Notes under the pieces: model-generated
The model's input: the letters and a program-made list of their open reading frames with translations, nothing else
What the model was told of the DNA's origin: nothing
The model's database searches: none
Assembly: GCA_907165135.1 (NCBI GenBank)
Contig: OU015568.1
Span: 4,154,001 to 4,218,000 of the forward strand
DNA from: Oikopleura dioica
Lineage: Eukaryota; Animalia; Chordata
Direction: 5' to 3'
DNA: 64,000 nt
Part shown: positions 60,401-64,000 of the stretch, in pieces
Layout: the number at the start of each line of letters is the position of its first letter
Position numbering within the stretch: position 1 is the first letter of the stretch
Position numbers and translations under genes: made by a program

Positions 60401-63400
60401 TTGGTGAATATCGAAGATGACTTTGTCAATGGACTTCCCTGCGCAGGAGATTTTGGCTCACCAATTTTCCCCTATCTTGCTTTTGGTGGATACGAAGATG
60501 ACGATTACTGGAATGGCGAAGCAATGATTTTCAACTTCATCAATTCGAATGTCGAGGACAAGGATTCGGAAGAATTTGCGCGAGTTATGGCTTGGGAAGC
60601 GGAATTTATCGATATTATGACAGAAGAAGCGCCGAAATTGAAATACTACGATGTTGCGTATTTCTGCGAAAGATCTATCGAAGATGAGATTGACAAGACA
60701 GCTGAAGAAGATGTGGGCATCTTCATCATCGCGTATGTTGTCATTTTCTTGTACATCACTATCGCTCTTGGAAAATATTCGAGCATCAGGCGAGTTCCAA
60801 TCGACATGAAAGTCTCTCTCGCTGTTTCTGGCATCATCGTCATCCTCGCCTCCGCATTCGCAGCTACTGGAATCTTTGGCTGGCTCGGCGTTGCGTCAAA
60901 TTTGATTGTTGTTGAAGTCGTTCCTTTCCTTCTCCTAGCCATTGGCGCGGATAATGTGTTCATTCTCGTCATGGATATTCAGCGAGAAAAGAGAAGAGAT
61001 GGAGAAAGCTTGGACGATTTGATCGCTCGGGTATTTTCAAGAGCTGGACCGAGTATGCTTCTCTGCGCGATAACAGAATCAACGGTGTTTTTCATGGGGT
61101 CTGTGATTGATATGCCAGCGATAAAGGTACGACTAAGAATGCAGGAAGAGGAAATACAAATACGAAATTGCTATCAATGACATTCTTATAATAAAAAGCA
61201 AAATTCGTTAATTATCTTACCTGATTATGGTCTTTCATCTTTCAGTAATACTCGAAAAATTTTAGGTTTTTGCATTGAATGCCGGAATCGCCATCCTCTT
61301 CAACTTTATCCTACAAATCACCGCCTTCCTCGCCATCGTCAAGCTTGACCTATCCCGTCAAAACGGAAATCGATGGGACATCATCTGCTGTTACAAGTCC
61401 CGCTCTGATAAAGATGCGGTCAACGAAAACAAAGAATCAGTCATCGACAAGTTCTTCAGAAATTACTTCACGCCGGTTTTGATGCATGATTTGGTCGGTT
61501 TTGTGGTCATTTGCGCGTTTTCAGCGATGTTTGGTTACAGTTTATACAGTATTTCAACAGGTAATTCTGCACCAATTTACATTTATAAATGAATAAAAAT
61601 TATTATTGATGATCAAGTGAAACATCTTTTTATAAATACCGACAATTCGAGCTGAAAATAATTTTATGGTTTTCAAAAAATGCTTTTAGCTGTGGTTGGA
61701 TTGAATCAAAATCTCTCCGTTCCTCTCAACTCTTACGTCGCCAAGTATTTCGACTTCATGGAGACGTATCTTATGGTCGGCGTCCCTGTATATTTTGTTC
61801 TCGAGGGAAAATACCCATTTCACAAGGAAGAGTTTTCAAATCTGATCTGCGGAACATCTGGCTGCGATTTGTTTTCTCTTTCTGAGCAGATTTCAAGAGC
61901 TTCTCTACAACCTGAAAAGTAAAGTATTTGTCTGATAGACATTGTTTATATTTCAGGTCAAAAATCGCTACCCAAGCAACAATCTGGGTTGACGACTACA
62001 AAGATTGGCTCAAACCCTCTTCCTCTTGCTGCCGAACTGAAAACTGTAACTATCGAATCGACCCCGATGATCCGGAGTACAATCAAAAGTGCGATTTCTG
62101 CCCAGCCAACGTCGACGCTCCTGCTTTCCCAATTTTCGAAAATTCCTGTCTCGACTGCCAACGAGGCATTTTGTCGCCAGAAAAAGCTGAAGAAAGCTTC
62201 AAAACATATCTTGATTACTTTTTGCTAGGTAAAAATTATCTTTCCTTTTTCTTTTTCTTACAAGTTAAGATAAACCAAACGAATTCTGCTCAAAAGGTGG
62301 ATATGCGTCCTACAGTGCAGCTGTTAACTACACGATGGCGGATGAAGTCGTCTATGATTCCATCGCAGCATCAGCTTACATGGCTTATCATCCTGTCTGT
62401 GTTGATTCCGTTGACTGTCAGGTACTGGCCTATTGCTTTTTGGGCATGGGACTCAATTCAGTTTAGGCAAATCTCGAGATGGGACGAGAATTAGCGCATA
62501 ACATCACTTTGACGATTCGAGAAAAAGTTGCCACCATCAACAACCAGTCAGGTCTCGTTCTTGGGGATGAAGACTACGTCGACCCTGAATCCATCTCTGT
62601 CTGGACTTATGCCATCTACTACCCTTACTACGAACAGTACATCACTCTTGGTGGAGATGCTTTGATTCAACTTGGTATTTGTCTCATCCCAGGTTTGAAA
62701 GAAAGAGATGAAACTTGTCGTTCACGTTTCTTTAAGTTTTTGTCTTCACATTCATTCTGCTTGGATTCGACGTTGTTTCCGGACTGATAGTTTTGGTTAC
62801 TGTTGGTTTGATTGTCATTGATACTTATGGCTTCTGCGTTTTGTGGGATGTTGACATGAATGCTCTAACACTTATAATTATGGGCTAAGATTAAGTAGAT
62901 TCAATCAGACAAAACCTTAAAAAATCAGTTTCTTAATCTTCCTTCTCTATCAGATCGATCTTATATTAATTTTAGGTCAGGTTATCACTGTTATAATTTT
63001 ACTCATTAGAAAAGTTAGAAAGCATCCTTTTGGTTTTTGAAACAGATTTTTTCTAGAAAAAGAAGAAGCAATTAAATTAAGCCCCCTCAAGACCTGATTT
63101 CCGCTGCAGGCCTTTCCGTTGAATTCTGTGGACATACAGTCAGAACATTTGCCTTGACAACAGAAGGAACAAGAAAAGACCGAACAATCCAGACGATGTC
63201 TGTCATGGGCCCTAGTGTCCTTCTCGTAAGAAATCAACTGAAAACGAAAACTGAGTGTTTCTATTTAGGGTGTCGCTCTGACAAATTTGCCTGGAATCGT
63301 GTGCCTAAACTGGGCCAGTGCTCAGCTGATCGAAATTTTCTTCTTCAGGATGAATTTTGTCATGACTTTGCTTGGCATTGCTCATGGATTGATTCTCCTG

Positions 63401-63649
63401 CCGGTTATTCTCGCCTATTTCGGTGAGGCTTTCTTCATCACTCGAAACAAAAACCTTTCAGGCCCAAATCCGAACAAAGCAAAAATATACGAAGAACAGC
63501 AAGAAGCTATCGCCGAGCTTGGAAGAACTCGATCAGAAACGAAAACGGACAAAAAGACCGACTCGATCAAAATGAAGCCATCCTCCAAAATCGACCCGGC
63601 GGAGCCATCTGCGCCAGGATACGCTGATTTGGAAGAATCTGCTTTCTGA
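57467..63649 (+). CDS. NPC1: Niemann-Pick C1-like sterol transporter with two N-terminal domains; two apparent -1 frameshifts
   Basis: Signal peptide, two NPC1_N Cys patterns, TTDPIRLWASPES, a sterol-sensing domain (EVVPFLLLAIGADNVFILV), PVYFV...LICGTSGC, WVDDYKDWLKPSSSCCR, CSKGGYASYS, YYPYYEQY, and HGLILLPVILAYFG. It may be NPC1 or NPC1L1-like. Confidence 0.93.
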
Positions 63650-64000
63650 GAGAATCGGACAAAATCGGACAGAGCGAATAGGCTTGTAAAATTTTCACTG
63701 TACAAAATTAGAATTTGAAAAATCCTATGAGATTATGACAATACATCAGTTATTTGAATCTTCAAATCAATTTTCCATTTTCATTCGAGACAGAAAAAGG
63801 TTCTGAATCGCACGATCGTGAGAGAGAGAAAGAGAGAGCAAACAGAGTCAAATGTCGCGTGACTTGAACTTGAACTGTTAAGTTCACTCCAAGGTCCAGT
63901 TGTCTCTCAGACTCGATCCGAGCAGCACGCCGTGGAGACAGAGAAACATGTAAGTTCATTTGTGTAATGAGCAAAGCGCAAATAGAAGTCTGTCAGATTC

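Noticed and set aside
63762-63974. 3' end of a further gene
   Set aside because: It is a short ORF containing a GA-rich low-complexity tract, with no domain signal, and the window ends before it can be assessed.
1-64000. tRNA, 5S/SL RNA, rRNA or an autonomous transposase/reverse transcriptase
   Set aside because: I recognised no such motif or ORF by eye. A tRNAscan/Infernal/HMM run would be needed to exclude them fully.

Overview
This is eukaryotic genomic DNA, most likely the appendicularian tunicate Oikopleura dioica (inference). The genes are compact with 40-80 nt introns, several GA-AG and GC-AG introns are needed to restore reading frames, and there is a Cys-rich/Kelch-like secreted family. 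All exon models below were spliced by eye. Genes: a Cys-rich Kelch-like secreted protein, a 3CxxC zinc-finger protein, a DEG/ENaC channel, a >2100-aa C-type-lectin/discoidin-like/EGF mosaic encoded mainly by one 6.3-kb exon, two tandem Sulfotransfer_4-type sulfotransferases, a head-to-head pair of CUB-domain paralogs (one damaged) around a small SOCS-box-like gene, a 7TM protein with a large cadherin-like ectodomain, a VWA-TSPN-collagen (COL21/22-like), and an NPC1 with two tandem sterol-binding N-terminal domains. The 3-20 kb stretch and 54.7-56.4 kb are dense with non-autonomous TIR elements: TTAA-flanked, hAT-like and TA-flanked types, nested or stacked, plus a foldback-like element made of inverted 56-bp hairpin arrays. 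I found no transposase, rRNA, tRNA or CRISPR. Two single-base homopolymer frameshifts in NPC1 suggest some consensus errors, so disruptions called here need checking against reads.
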